Notes: a model not told the origin generated them from the letters alone. A stretch of DNA of 64,000 bases from an uncultured Candidatus Saccharibacteria bacterium (GCA_964636285.1 CAZWQF010000002.1:9669-73668), one strand, 5' to 3'; numbered from the stretch's first letter, positions 1 through 10,420 are shown. Translations and numbers: made by a program.

Positions 1-122
1 GCAACTTCATTTGGTAAAAGCGATCTTGGTTGACCAACAAAACCATGAGTATAACTCTTCTGAGGTGACAAAGTGAATATTAATGAGGATATAAAAACCA
101 AAATGCTTTTAAAAACAGTCAT
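1..122 (-). CDS. Partial CDS (N-terminus of a probably secreted protein; runs off window start)
   Basis: Manual translation MTVFKSILVFISSLIFTLSPQKSYTHG..., open to window edge; TGCTATAAT upstream on minus strand. Confidence 0.55.
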   Translation of the reverse strand, partial: MTVFKSILVFISSLIFTLSPQKSYTHGFVGQPRSLLPNEV

Positions 123-268
123 ATATTAACCTTCTGATTATAGCAAAGACTCAGAAATATGCTCTAACCTATACCTTTGTTTTTGCCTAGTCTAGAGCAT
201 TTTGCAAGCATTGAATTCATGATATAATTCTCGCGGTTTTTAAATGCATGGTAAAATGTGCACTTGTG

Positions 269-718
269 ATGAAATATAAAAAGGCATTAATTACTGTTCT
301 CCTGCTTGTCTTAGTTCTTTCAGGTTTAAATATTTACGCCGGTAGAGAAAGTATCAAAGCTTTTCTAGCTAAAGGCAAACTTATTAAACAAGAAGAACCT
401 TTTACAGAGCTGTATTTTATAGATCCTGATTCCCTTAATCATGAACTAACAGAGGATGAGTCTGTAGAGTTTAAATTTAGGGTGTACAACATGGAAAATA
501 AGCCGACTAGATACTCTTGGAAAGCAACACTAATTCCAATGGAGGAATTTGGTCAGGAATTATCTATTGATTCGGGTCAATTTTTTCTAAATAACGGAGA
601 GTTTAAAGACCAACTAGTATACTTTAGACCAGGAAAGCTAATAGGTAGGCACAAGATTCTAATTGAGCTTCCTGAACTTAAGCAGTCAATTCACTATTTT
701 GTGGTAGGAAAAGAGTAA
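269..718 (+). CDS. Membrane-anchored Ig-like protein (DUF1616-like)
   Basis: N-terminal TM helix, EPFTELYF motif, beta-rich domain; ATG 269 preferred to 248. Confidence 0.55.
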   Translation: MKYKKALITVLLLVLVLSGLNIYAGRESIKAFLAKGKLIKQEEPFTELYFIDPDSLNHELTEDESVEFKFRVYNMENKPTRYSWKATLIPMEEFGQELSIDSGQFFLNNGEFKDQLVYFRPGKLIGRHKILIELPELKQSIHYFVVGKE

Positions 719-721
719 TTT

Positions 722-1428
722 ATGAAGAAAGTAACAGTATTAATACCTTGTCATAACGAAGAAGAAGGAATTGGTAAAGTAATTAAGTCCATTCCTGTTG
801 ATTACCTCAAACAAATGGGTCTCAAGACTGAGATATATGTAATCGATAACAATTCTACAGACAAAACAGTTCAAGTAGCCAAAGCTGCAGGCGCAAATGT
901 CATCCATGAAAGAAATAAGGGTAAAGGAAATGCAATGCTTTTAGGATTTAAAAAGTTTCCTAAGGATTCTGACTACGTGGTTATGATGGACGGAGATAAC
1001 ACATACAAGGGTCAGGAGATGTATAGACTGTTAGAGCCGTTAATCAATGGATTTGGAGACGTTATCATAGGGTCAAGAATTACAGGAAAGATGCTTGATA
1101 AGTCATTTAAGGTACAAAATAGAATTGCCAACTGGGCGTACGCCTTTTTTGTCAGAACTTTTTACCACACTAATGTCACTGATGTGCTTAGTGGGTATTT
1201 TGCCTGGAAAAGAGAGGCGCTAGAAGATCTTGCACCCCATATTACATCGGCGGGTTTTACGCTTGAAATGGAGATGGTCACAAAATGTTGAAGCTTGGGC
1301 ATGAAGTATATTCTGTTCCAATTACCTATGATCGAAGAGATGGAGAATCCAAAATTGAAACAATAAAAGATGGATTAAGAATTTTAGATCAATTGTTCAG
1401 AAACATATTCTGGAGCCCAAAAAAATAA
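722..1428 (+). pseudogene. GT2 polyprenol-phosphate glycosyltransferase (DPM-synthase-like), frameshifted
   Basis: IPCHNEE, DNNSTD, MDGD motifs; ORF stops at 1291 but the typical C-terminus (VPITYDRRDGESK...DG) continues in the -1 frame to TAA 1428; shift at A4 run 1282-1285. Confidence 0.8.
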
Positions 1429-1434
1429 CCTCCA

Positions 1435-2601
1435 ATGACAAAAATTGAACAACCTCACTCAAAACTAAAAATTGCCTTTGTAAGCGATGGTATTTACCAA
1501 TTTAATAAAGGTGGTAAAGAAAAAAGGCTTTACGATATTACAAAAAGGCTTGCGGAGTTGGGTTATGAAATTCATGTATATACTATGAATTGGTGGGGCG
1601 TAAAAAATGGAGAGGTGTTCACTGAAGATGGCGTGGTTTTCCATCCCATATGCCCATATTTGCCTCTGTACAGCGGCTCTAGAAGGTCTATAGCACAAGG
1701 AATTATCTTTGGCATATCCTGCTTTAAGCTTTTATTTGAAGACTTTGATGTACTTGATGTGGATCACATGCCATACTTCCCTATTTTTTCGTCAAAAATA
1801 GTTTGCATTTTAAAAAGAAAGAAGCTTGTAGGCATTTGGAATGAGGTGTGGGGGCTTGAGTATTGGAAAAGCTACCTAGGGTTTTTGGGAATAATTCCTG
1901 CAATTATGGAGCGAGTAATGGTGTATTTACCTGATAAGATCGTTTCTATTTCACAGATGACCACCAATAAACTTTTGAAGATGGATAGAAGGCTCAATGT
2001 AGAAACGATAGGTATTGGGACAGATATAGAATCAATTTCTAGAATTAAGGGCTCTAAAGATACAAGGGACATTATATTTTCAGGAAGACTTTTAAAACAT
2101 AAAAATGCCCACATGCTAATTGAGGCAGTCTCAATTTTAAAGTCGGAGTTTCCTGATATTAACTGTGCTATCACGGGAGATGGGCCTGAAAAAGAACCAT
2201 TAAATAGGCAGGTTACCAAACTTAAACTTAATAAAAATGTTAAACTTACAGGGTTCATTAAAAATCATGATGATCTTCTTTCGATGATAAAAAGTACCAA
2301 AGTTTTTGTGCTTCCATCAGAAAGAGAAGGCTTTGGAATTGCCGTTATTGAGGCAAATGCCTGCTCCACACCTGCAATAACTATTGACTCAGAGAACAAT
2401 GCTTCAAGATTTTTGATAAACCAAGGGGTTAATGGGTATGTTGCTGAGGGTAACGCAAAGGGGCTTGCCAGTACAATCAAAATGGCGTTTGTAAATGAAT
2501 CAAACCTTAGAAAAGGATCTATAAAAGAAGCTGTTAAATATAGCTGGAAAAATATAATCTTGAGTTTAGAGAAGGTTTATATTGAATATGCAGCAAAATA
2601 A
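1435..2601 (+). CDS. GT4 family glycosyltransferase
   Basis: GGKE N-terminal motif, GRLLKHKN, PSEREGFGIAVIEA. Confidence 0.92.
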   Translation: MTKIEQPHSKLKIAFVSDGIYQFNKGGKEKRLYDITKRLAELGYEIHVYTMNWWGVKNGEVFTEDGVVFHPICPYLPLYSGSRRSIAQGIIFGISCFKLLFEDFDVLDVDHMPYFPIFSSKIVCILKRKKLVGIWNEVWGLEYWKSYLGFLGIIPAIMERVMVYLPDKIVSISQMTTNKLLKMDRRLNVETIGIGTDIESISRIKGSKDTRDIIFSGRLLKHKNAHMLIEAVSILKSEFPDINCAITGDGPEKEPLNRQVTKLKLNKNVKLTGFIKNHDDLLSMIKSTKVFVLPSEREGFGIAVIEANACSTPAITIDSENNASRFLINQGVNGYVAEGNAKGLASTIKMAFVNESNLRKGSIKEAVKYSWKNIILSLEKVYIEYAAK

Positions 2602-3694
2602 AGACGTTTTCATTATATCAACGTATCCCCCAACTCCAGGAGGTATAAGCAACTTTACAAAAAGGACTGTGTGTTCGCTTAGAGATATTGGTGTCACTGT
2701 AAACATCACACCTTTCACTGGAGTTTTAAGCGCTTTCTCTATTTTTAAAAGTATAATTAGTTTAAAGCCTTCTAATATAAGAATGGAGTATGACATCAGT
2801 ACGTACGGAGCTTCAGGACCTTTGCTTATTGCTGGTGTTTGGGCATTAAAAAAGCTACAAGGTTACAAGCTCTTTTTTAATTTTCATGAAGTTACTAGAG
2901 ACTTAGAGCACTTAAAAATGCTTGGTAGGGTTTACTACACATTGATAGCCAACTTCTGCGATTATATAACTGTTCATACTTATGAATCTAAAAATACATT
3001 GATATCAAAATGTAGGGTTAGTGCTGACAGAATTTATGTAATTCCTTTAGGCACAATGAACAAAGATCTTTCAATCACAAATAAAGAAGAAATGTTTGCA
3101 AGATACGCTCTTGAGGGTAACTACTTTTTATTCATAGGATTTATACATCCACAAAAAGGAATTGAAAACTTTATCAAGGCTTCAAAAGAGCTTGAAAGAC
3201 TAAATAAAGAAGCTTTTGACCGAATGAGCTTTGTGATTGCAGGTGGTGTGAGGCCAAGAAAAGGAGTATTCAAGATTTTTCAAAGAGCTGATAACTTATA
3301 TTTTGAGTCATTAAAAAGGTTAGTAGTAGATCTAGGACTTCAAGAAAAAGTTAAATTTTTAGGGTACATTGAGGATAAATTTTTCTCTTCCTTAATTATT
3401 AATTCAGAAGCCGTAGTTATACCTTATGTAAAAACAGAGCAAAGCGGTGTTCTAAATCAAGTTCTCCCCTACCAAGTACCCATTATTGCTTCCAACATTG
3501 GTGGGTTAGGTGAGACACTTAGGGATTTTGGGATGCTTGTTGAAAAAGATGACTTTGAGAAGATCGCAACCTTTATGAACGAACTAATCACCGATAGGAC
3601 AAAGAAAACAGCACTACTTGAAGGTTATAAAAAGTTAAACTCTGAGCTTGAGCCAGCAAACATAGCAAAAATGTTTGAAGAAAGGCTTGTATGA
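2582..3694 (+). CDS. GT4 family glycosyltransferase
   Basis: YPPTPGGI, GFIHPQKG, QSGVL, ASNIGGLGE. Confidence 0.88.
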   Translation: MNMQQNKDVFIISTYPPTPGGISNFTKRTVCSLRDIGVTVNITPFTGVLSAFSIFKSIISLKPSNIRMEYDISTYGASGPLLIAGVWALKKLQGYKLFFNFHEVTRDLEHLKMLGRVYYTLIANFCDYITVHTYESKNTLISKCRVSADRIYVIPLGTMNKDLSITNKEEMFARYALEGNYFLFIGFIHPQKGIENFIKASKELERLNKEAFDRMSFVIAGGVRPRKGVFKIFQRADNLYFESLKRLVVDLGLQEKVKFLGYIEDKFFSSLIINSEAVVIPYVKTEQSGVLNQVLPYQVPIIASNIGGLGETLRDFGMLVEKDDFEKIATFMNELITDRTKKTALLEGYKKLNSELEPANIAKMFEERLV

Positions 3695-4593
3695 TTTCAA
3701 TTGTAATAATTGTTAAAAATGACCCTAAGCTTGAGGATACACTTTATGCATTACAAAAAATTACCAAACCAGAGGAAACTGAAATTATTGTAATAGATGC
3801 ATCAACAAAAGACTTTGGAATCAGAGAAAAATTCCAAGATGTAAAATATATTCCTTTTAAAGGAGACGGAGTAAAAAGATACACTATTCCAGAGCAAAGG
3901 AATGCAGGAATCAACTCTGCAAAAGGTGACATTATTGTCTTTATTGATTCAAGTTGTATTCCAACAGACGAATGGCTTGTAGAACTTGTTAAACCAATCA
4001 GAGAAGAATCTGAAGAGATTGTTTCAGGCTCGACGTTCTCTACAAATAAGCAGACATTAAATGACCTGGATCATATTAAAAAGGCAGGACTTAAGTACAT
4101 TGAAGAGTGTGCAACTATCAATTTAGCTTTCAAAAAATCCTTAACTGAAAAGATAGGGATGTTTGATGAGAGATTTGATTATGGGTCGGATGTAGATTTT
4201 TCTTGGAGAGTAAGAGACGCCGGAGTTAATATTAGGTATGCTCCTTCAGCAAAAATAACTCACGATTGGGGTGATGTTAACCAAGAGTTTAAAAGAACAT
4301 TAGTTTATGGTCAGGCAAGAGCAAGGCTTTACCTTAAACACAGAAATAGGATACAAAGCATTCCATCCATAGATCCAGTCATGTTTGTATACCCAATCCT
4401 AATAGTTTCTTCTCCAGGGATTCTGCTAATCCCCTGGTTCTGGCTTGCATTCATCTTGATTAATATTCTACTTGTAATTAAAAACATAAAGGATCCAAAA
4501 CCTGTGTATATTATTGTTAAGCACTACATTTACGGTTTTGGGGTGTTGAAAGAGATTGTTAGGCATATATTCAAGCAAGGTTATGGGTCATAA
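3691..4593 (+). CDS. GT2 family glycosyltransferase
   Basis: ISIVI, RNAG...GDIIVFIDS, FDERF...DVDF. Confidence 0.9.
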   Translation: MISIVIIVKNDPKLEDTLYALQKITKPEETEIIVIDASTKDFGIREKFQDVKYIPFKGDGVKRYTIPEQRNAGINSAKGDIIVFIDSSCIPTDEWLVELVKPIREESEEIVSGSTFSTNKQTLNDLDHIKKAGLKYIEECATINLAFKKSLTEKIGMFDERFDYGSDVDFSWRVRDAGVNIRYAPSAKITHDWGDVNQEFKRTLVYGQARARLYLKHRNRIQSIPSIDPVMFVYPILIVSSPGILLIPWFWLAFILINILLVIKNIKDPKPVYIIVKHYIYGFGVLKEIVRHIFKQGYGS

Positions 4594-6820
4594 AATTAAA
4601 CACTTTTTGACAATAATGTTACTCCCTCTGGCATTGGTACTGTTTAATGTTGCAGTTTTAAAATCATGGATTTCACCAATTCTTAGAATTCCATTCTCAT
4701 TTTTATTTTTATTTTTTCTCCCTGGATACCTAATTTTAAGAATAATAAATATTCAGCATGAAGAAAAACAGGAAAAGTTTTTCCTTTCAGTAATTTTAAG
4801 TATTAGCTTTGTCACAATCGTAGGTCTTATATTTAATACCGCGCTTCCTTATCTTGGTATAAAACGCCCTCTTGATGTTGAAAATATATTGCCTTGGTTT
4901 ACTGGAGTTTTAATCGTCATGTATTTTTACTTAGTTAAAGCTAAACTTTTAAATTTTGAGCTCAAGGGAAGATTCCAAAGGTTTAACCCAATAGATTTGC
5001 TAGGTTATTTTTTGCCCATGCTCGCTTTAGGTTTTTCAATTGCTGGGGCTACAATAATTAACAATGGGGGCGGAAATTTACTTTCCTATGCTGTTGTTGT
5101 TTCAATTTTTATTCTTGTTGTTTCAACAATTATTGCGCCTCGTCTATATTTAAATGCCTTCACTGTTTACGCAATTTCGCTTAGTCTTCAATATCTCTAC
5201 TCCCTTAGAAGTTGGTATGTGCTAGGTTACGATATAAATCAGGAGCTCAGGATTTTTAATTTAACTAAGGCGTACGGTCACTGGGATCTTGGGATTTTAA
5301 AGGAGGCTTACAATACTTGTTTGAGCATAAATCTTCTTCCCGCAATTCTCACAGATGTTGCGGGTATTAGCGAAAACACCTTTTTCAAACTAGTAATCCC
5401 TGCTATTAGCTGTCTTACGGTGGCTTTAATTTATCTAATGGGGAAGAAATTTATTAAGCCTCAAGCCGCATTTTTAGGGGCTTTTTTCTTTTCGGTTCAA
5501 AATCAGTTTCTTCAGCAGATGCCTGCATTAGGAAGGCAAAGTGTTGCAATCACATTTTTTACACTTGCTATTTATTCGCTATTTATTGGTAAACCTCTAA
5601 ACAGAAAAAGAGACATAATTTACATACTAGCTATTATTTCAATGGTTCTGTCTCACTACTCAACAACATATGTAGGCACCGTATCAATCATTGCTGCATA
5701 CTTTGTTCTACTCCTACTTAAAGTTTTAACAAAGGACTACTCTGCTCAAAGGCTCACACTAAGTCTTGTTGTTATAACATTTACAATTGCGTTTTTATGG
5801 AACACTCTTTTAACCGAAAATGTAAAGGGACTTGAGGCAACTCTTAGAAAGTCTGTACACAACATTAGTACTTCTTTTACGAGTGACATGAAAAGCGAAA
5901 CCGTAAAGAAGGCCTTATTTATATCTGAAGAAAACAAAGATGAGATACTTCAAGAATTCTATTCAAAAACTAAAGAAAAATATGCTCCACTTCCTGAGAG
6001 AGTAGTTGATGGGTATGAACCTTATATAATTGACACTGACTCGCTTTTGCCAATATTTGATTATCCAATGGTAACAAGGTATTTTGGCATGGCGTTACCT
6101 ATATTCTTTAGGCTTGCATTGCTTGCAGGCGTTTTAATCATGGGTATCCTTTTAATTAAGGGAAAGCTAGAACGTGAATACTCTGCTTTCAGTATTGTCT
6201 TTTTAGGTTTAGTAATTTTGATGCTTGTTCTTCCTAGTGTTTCGGTAGATTACAACTTAGAGAGGCTTTACCAGCAAGGTTTAATTTTACTGTCTATGCC
6301 TATTGTCATTGGAGCTTTGTTCTTTTTTAAATCTCTTGGTGAAAGATTTTCCATGGTGTTAGTCTCGTTCGTAATATTCTCATATTTACTTCTTAACATT
6401 GGAATTATCGAAAGAGTTTTTAACGGTACCCCTTCGGTGATATTTGAAAATATGGGAGGACATTATGATAGATACTATGTTTCTGCACCTGAAGTGGCAG
6501 GAGCAAAGAGGCTTCAAAAATTTATTAATTCTTACGATTTGAGCATAACAAGATCTGATAGGTACGGGTTTTTGAGAGTACTTGGATATACAAACCTTAG
6601 CTTAACTAGTTTTAGTTCGGATGTATTTCCTGAAACCCTTCAAGATGGAAGTTATGTTTATTTGTCAAAAACAAATGTACAAAAAAGCACAGCGTACGGT
6701 CTCTATAAGGATTACGTATTTAGCTATAATTACCCAATCAAGTACTTAGATTTGCAGAAAGACTTGCTTTATAGCAATAACAGTTCGCGAATTTATAGAG
6801 GAGCTCCAAGTGAAAATTAA
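4583..6820 (+). CDS. Polytopic membrane protein, DUF2206-like (possible GT-C glycan transferase/polymerase)
   Basis: More than 12 TM helices; FFLPG, GYDINQE, SHYSTTY motifs resembling archaeal DUF2206; glycan-locus context. Confidence 0.65.
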   Translation: MGHKIKHFLTIMLLPLALVLFNVAVLKSWISPILRIPFSFLFLFFLPGYLILRIINIQHEEKQEKFFLSVILSISFVTIVGLIFNTALPYLGIKRPLDVENILPWFTGVLIVMYFYLVKAKLLNFELKGRFQRFNPIDLLGYFLPMLALGFSIAGATIINNGGGNLLSYAVVVSIFILVVSTIIAPRLYLNAFTVYAISLSLQYLYSLRSWYVLGYDINQELRIFNLTKAYGHWDLGILKEAYNTCLSINLLPAILTDVAGISENTFFKLVIPAISCLTVALIYLMGKKFIKPQAAFLGAFFFSVQNQFLQQMPALGRQSVAITFFTLAIYSLFIGKPLNRKRDIIYILAIISMVLSHYSTTYVGTVSIIAAYFVLLLLKVLTKDYSAQRLTLSLVVITFTIAFLWNTLLTENVKGLEATLRKSVHNISTSFTSDMKSETVKKALFISEENKDEILQEFYSKTKEKYAPLPERVVDGYEPYIIDTDSLLPIFDYPMVTRYFGMALPIFFRLALLAGVLIMGILLIKGKLEREYSAFSIVFLGLVILMLVLPSVSVDYNLERLYQQGLILLSMPIVIGALFFFKSLGERFSMVLVSFVIFSYLLLNIGIIERVFNGTPSVIFENMGGHYDRYYVSAPEVAGAKRLQKFINSYDLSITRSDRYGFLRVLGYTNLSLTSFSSDVFPETLQDGSYVYLSKTNVQKSTAYGLYKDYVFSYNYPIKYLDLQKDLLYSNNSSRIYRGAPSEN

Positions 6821-7898
6821 AGTACTAATTTATCCTAAAGAGCCAAACCCATATCAAGAACTGCTATATAGGCGTATACGAGAAAAAGGAATTCCCTGTA
6901 AATACTTCACAAGTTCGTTTGTTGAAAAGCATGGCTTCATTTATGGAATCCCCTCTATGCCATTTAGACTTCTATTTAAAAGACTTACTGGTTCAAACAT
7001 ATTTCACTTGCATTGGGCATATCACTTTTTGATTCCAATTCCAGGCAAAATTGGGAGATATTTGTCATCCCTGTATGCAATTTATTTTTTATTTTTTGTT
7101 AAGCTTTTTGGATTTAAGCTAGTGTGGACAGTTCACAATATAATGCCTCACGAGAATCAATTTCATAATGACAAATTAATCTATAACTTATTTTATGCTT
7201 TAGCTGACGCGAAAATTGTTCATACGGAGGAGACTATTAAAAGACTTGCGGATAAAGGATTTGATTCAAAAAACACATATGTTATTGAAATTGGAAATTA
7301 TCTAGGGTTATATCAAAACACAATATCTAAGGAAGAAGCAAGAAAAAAACTTGAAATTGATGCAAAAGATTACGTTTTTTTGTTTATTGGAATGGTAAAA
7401 AAGTACAAAGGAATTCAAGACCTATTAAAAACCTATTCGTATTTACTAGGTAAAAAGCATTTAAAGGATACAAAACTGATAATTGCTGGAAAGCCTTTTG
7501 ATACTGAAACTACAGAGTTCATTAGCAACTTTGCAAAGGAGGAACCAAGTATACTACCTACTTTAAAATATATTCCAGATAATGAACTACAAGTCTATCT
7601 CAATGCATGTAATTCTGTTGTACTTCCATTTAAAGATATAACAACAACCAGCTCTGCACTTCTTGCCTTTGGATTTAAGAGAGCCGTTGTAGCTCCTCTA
7701 ATAGGTGCTATTACAACATTTCCACAAGACACAGGATACTACTATGATAAGTCTGAAGGCTTAATCAAAGGCTTGCAAGACGCATACAAGAACGGTACTT
7801 CAAACAAAGGTGAAAATGCATTTGAGTATGTTAAAACTCTAAAATGGGAGAACTCTGCAGAAAAAACAATAAATCTTTACAATCTAATTATCAAATAA
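6810..7898 (+). CDS. GT4 family glycosyltransferase
   Basis: NPYQ, HLHW, WTVHN, GMVKKYKG, VVLPF. Confidence 0.88.
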   Translation: MKIKVLIYPKEPNPYQELLYRRIREKGIPCKYFTSSFVEKHGFIYGIPSMPFRLLFKRLTGSNIFHLHWAYHFLIPIPGKIGRYLSSLYAIYFLFFVKLFGFKLVWTVHNIMPHENQFHNDKLIYNLFYALADAKIVHTEETIKRLADKGFDSKNTYVIEIGNYLGLYQNTISKEEARKKLEIDAKDYVFLFIGMVKKYKGIQDLLKTYSYLLGKKHLKDTKLIIAGKPFDTETTEFISNFAKEEPSILPTLKYIPDNELQVYLNACNSVVLPFKDITTTSSALLAFGFKRAVVAPLIGAITTFPQDTGYYYDKSEGLIKGLQDAYKNGTSNKGENAFEYVKTLKWENSAEKTINLYNLIIK

Positions 7899-9122
7899 GT
7901 TTTTATTAGTAATAAAGTAGTACACATAGAACGCGTTAACAACTAAATGGGCACTTACATACGCAAGTCCGATTCCCGTAAGGCCTAATTTAATAAGCAA
8001 ATACGAACCGGTGAGGAGTACTGTGGCATAAAGAATACTAATTTTTGTTACCAAAAACGATCTCTTCTTATAATTTAGGAATGCAGCTGACAAGGAGTTT
8101 AATGATGAAAATATTGTAGAAACTGCCAAAAGTGCAAGAAGTGGGTAGGCATTTAAAGCGTATTCCTTACCAAACGCGAGCAGAATGAATTTTCCAAATA
8201 CAATAAGTAGCAAAGCAGCGGGAATTACTAAGGTACCAATAAATTTTAAGGTCTTAGTAAATAGGAACTTAATATCAACCTTTCCACCAGAGCTTACTGC
8301 AAGAAACGAACTGGAAGATGAACTTGGAATGGACGCAAGGGCGGTGTTTACCATTGTAGAAAAATAAAAGTAGGCAGCATATTTTGCCCCAAGAAAATTA
8401 ATAATTATTAAAGGCAAGATCGAGCCTATTGTTGTACCTGCTATACCGGAAATATAGTTATGAAACGAATATTTTGACATTCGTAAGAGAGCTTCAAGTG
8501 AAAATGCTGGTTTTGGCTTGATCTGGAAGTATAAAATTAAAAAAATAAATCCAGCTAGCGTAATGAAGACTGCCGGTAGTATAAACGAATACATTAACCC
8601 CACAAAACCAAGTGAATAAAAAGCAAAAATTAGAGCTATTTTGAGAATACCAAAGGTAAATCCTCTAATAAAAACAAACTGAGATGATTTAAAGGCTGTA
8701 AAAGTTGCGTCTAGAATATTATTTAATGAAGTAAATACTGCAATTAAGGTGAAAATTAGAACTAATTGAGCGCTGTTTATTACCACATGAAGTTTTGGAG
8801 AAAAAAACTCTAAAAATTGAACATATATTAGACAGGTAATAACAGTAGATATAAGGCTTAAAATTACTACGCTATTTATTTTCCTTTCTTTCTGAGTTGA
8901 ATCAGGCAAAAATCTAAGTAAACCACTCTCTGTCCCTAATAACCCAAGGTTTGCCATAAGGTTTGCAGCGCCTAGAAGAGCCGTTGCATTTCCAATTGTA
9001 GTGGAGTCAAAAAACCTGGTAGCAATTATCCAAAACAAAAAACCAAAGCCGCTTAATGCAGCAGTGTTTAGCATCAGAAACAATGAATTTCTATATATTG
9101 GATCTTTGAAAAATTTATTCAT
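7884..9122 (-). CDS. Oligosaccharide flippase (Wzx/MOP family)
   Basis: About 12 TM helices, GFLFWIIATR motif, glycan-locus context. Confidence 0.85.
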   Translation of the reverse strand: MNKFFKDPIYRNSLFLMLNTAALSGFGFLFWIIATRFFDSTTIGNATALLGAANLMANLGLLGTESGLLRFLPDSTQKERKINSVVILSLISTVITCLIYVQFLEFFSPKLHVVINSAQLVLIFTLIAVFTSLNNILDATFTAFKSSQFVFIRGFTFGILKIALIFAFYSLGFVGLMYSFILPAVFITLAGFIFLILYFQIKPKPAFSLEALLRMSKYSFHNYISGIAGTTIGSILPLIIINFLGAKYAAYFYFSTMVNTALASIPSSSSSSFLAVSSGGKVDIKFLFTKTLKFIGTLVIPAALLLIVFGKFILLAFGKEYALNAYPLLALLAVSTIFSSLNSLSAAFLNYKKRSFLVTKISILYATVLLTGSYLLIKLGLTGIGLAYVSAHLVVNAFYVYYFITNKNLFDN

Positions 9123-10049
9123 TTACCTAGCGACTGGAACCTTTATGTACTTATAGAAGTATGACACAAATATGAAAAAATAAATTAAAAACAAAACCAT
9201 CCCAGCATATGTATGAAACATACCAATAGCTAGGTCTTCAGAATACAGCGCTCCTATTACCACTAGAAGGCTAACTCTCAGAATATTTAGCATAAACACC
9301 CCAATAAATGCGGGTATAAAGAGCAAAAATGCCTTTGTTTTATTAATAAGCTCTATTTCGCTTAGTATCATAAAAATGTATAAAAATGTAAACATAAGCA
9401 TAGAATCAAGGCCTGAGCACGCTTCCCCAACAATAATTGAGAAGTTATTAGCTGTTAGATATAGAGGAGCCTCAATTTCGGCATAGTCTACAAACGGCTT
9501 AATAGCAACAAAAACTATGTTTAGAACAAGTCTGCTTAAAAGTGGCCAAAGCTTCCAAACCTGAAAAATTGCAAAGTATGTAAGTATTGAAAATAATAGG
9601 GAGGTGACTACCTGTTGTCTATAAACATTAAGCACTGATTGGATTGTAAAAAAACCAAAACACCCTAAGAAAATCAAAGTAACAAGTAGCACTAACAGCG
9701 AATGGGAGGCCACAAGTAAAAGAAGTGATTGGTTTGCTTCCTGATACCCTAAAAGTGACATATGAAGCGTGTATACAATGGGAAGCAACATAACCCCAGC
9801 AACAATTAGTATAGAATCAATCCAATCTCTTGGGTAAACCTTAAGGTCTGAAAGCTTTGATTTTGTGAGCATTGATAGGGCAACAATGAAGACAATTAGT
9901 GCCTTTCCCATGTTCCCGTATGTATAAAAATAGCTTCCGTAAAGAAGCCTTGTAGGAATTACCCATGAGCCAATTAAGGCTGAAACAAAGAGAAAAACAG
10001 CAACAAAAACAATTGATCTAAATATAATAGGTTTTAGGCTGCTCTTCAT
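9123..10049 (-). CDS. Exosortase/archaeosortase family transpeptidase
   Basis: About 8 TM helices; catalytic triad motifs EACSG (Cys), NILRV (Arg), FHTYAG (His). Confidence 0.88.
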   Translation of the reverse strand: MKSSLKPIIFRSIVFVAVFLFVSALIGSWVIPTRLLYGSYFYTYGNMGKALIVFIVALSMLTKSKLSDLKVYPRDWIDSILIVAGVMLLPIVYTLHMSLLGYQEANQSLLLLVASHSLLVLLVTLIFLGCFGFFTIQSVLNVYRQQVVTSLLFSILTYFAIFQVWKLWPLLSRLVLNIVFVAIKPFVDYAEIEAPLYLTANNFSIIVGEACSGLDSMLMFTFLYIFMILSEIELINKTKAFLLFIPAFIGVFMLNILRVSLLVVIGALYSEDLAIGMFHTYAGMVLFLIYFFIFVSYFYKYIKVPVAR

Positions 10050-10066
10050 GTTAAATCCTTGAAAAA

Positions 10067-10420
10067 TTAGAAAGGTCTTTTCTTTAAGAAAAGGAAACTA
10101 CCAGTTGAAAGCCCGGCAGTTAGTAGGCCTGTAATAGTGGAAAATTCAGGTACTTCTTTTGCTTTGCACTTATCTTTATGCTCACCATTTCTTTTGCATC
10201 TTTTGTTACCCTTTTCATCTCTATCTTCTCTTTCATTGTCTCTATCACCCTCTTCATGATTGTCTCTGTCATCATTTCTTGATTCCCTACCCTGCTCTTC
10301 TCTGCCTCTGTTGTCTTCAGCCTTTGCAAGTGAAGGTACTGAAATAAACACAGTAAAGGCTACAAAAAGTGCAAATGCGAATTTAAATTTTGATATCCTA
10401 GAGTAATCGCTGTGAACCAT
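10067..10420 (-). CDS. Small secreted protein with VPEF (PEF-CTERM-like) sorting signal
   Basis: Signal peptide (AKA|ED), charged low-complexity core, VPEF + hydrophobic helix + KKR at C-terminus; adjacent to exosortase. Confidence 0.8.
   Translation of the reverse strand: MVHSDYSRISKFKFAFALFVAFTVFISVPSLAKAEDNRGREEQGRESRNDDRDNHEEGDRDNEREDRDEKGNKRCKRNGEHKDKCKAKEVPEFSTITGLLTAGLSTGSFLFLKKRPF

Noticed and set aside
1289-1291. TGA read-through or recoding (code 25, selenocysteine) in the GT2 gene
   Set aside because: The in-frame continuation is not GT-like; the homologous tail is in the -1 frame, and TGA terminates other genes normally
10120-10347. Alternative ORFs over the VPEF protein (10120-10329 -, 10159-10347 +)
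   Set aside because: Shadow frames of a purine-rich low-complexity segment; the 117-aa frame has coherent signal and sorting motifs
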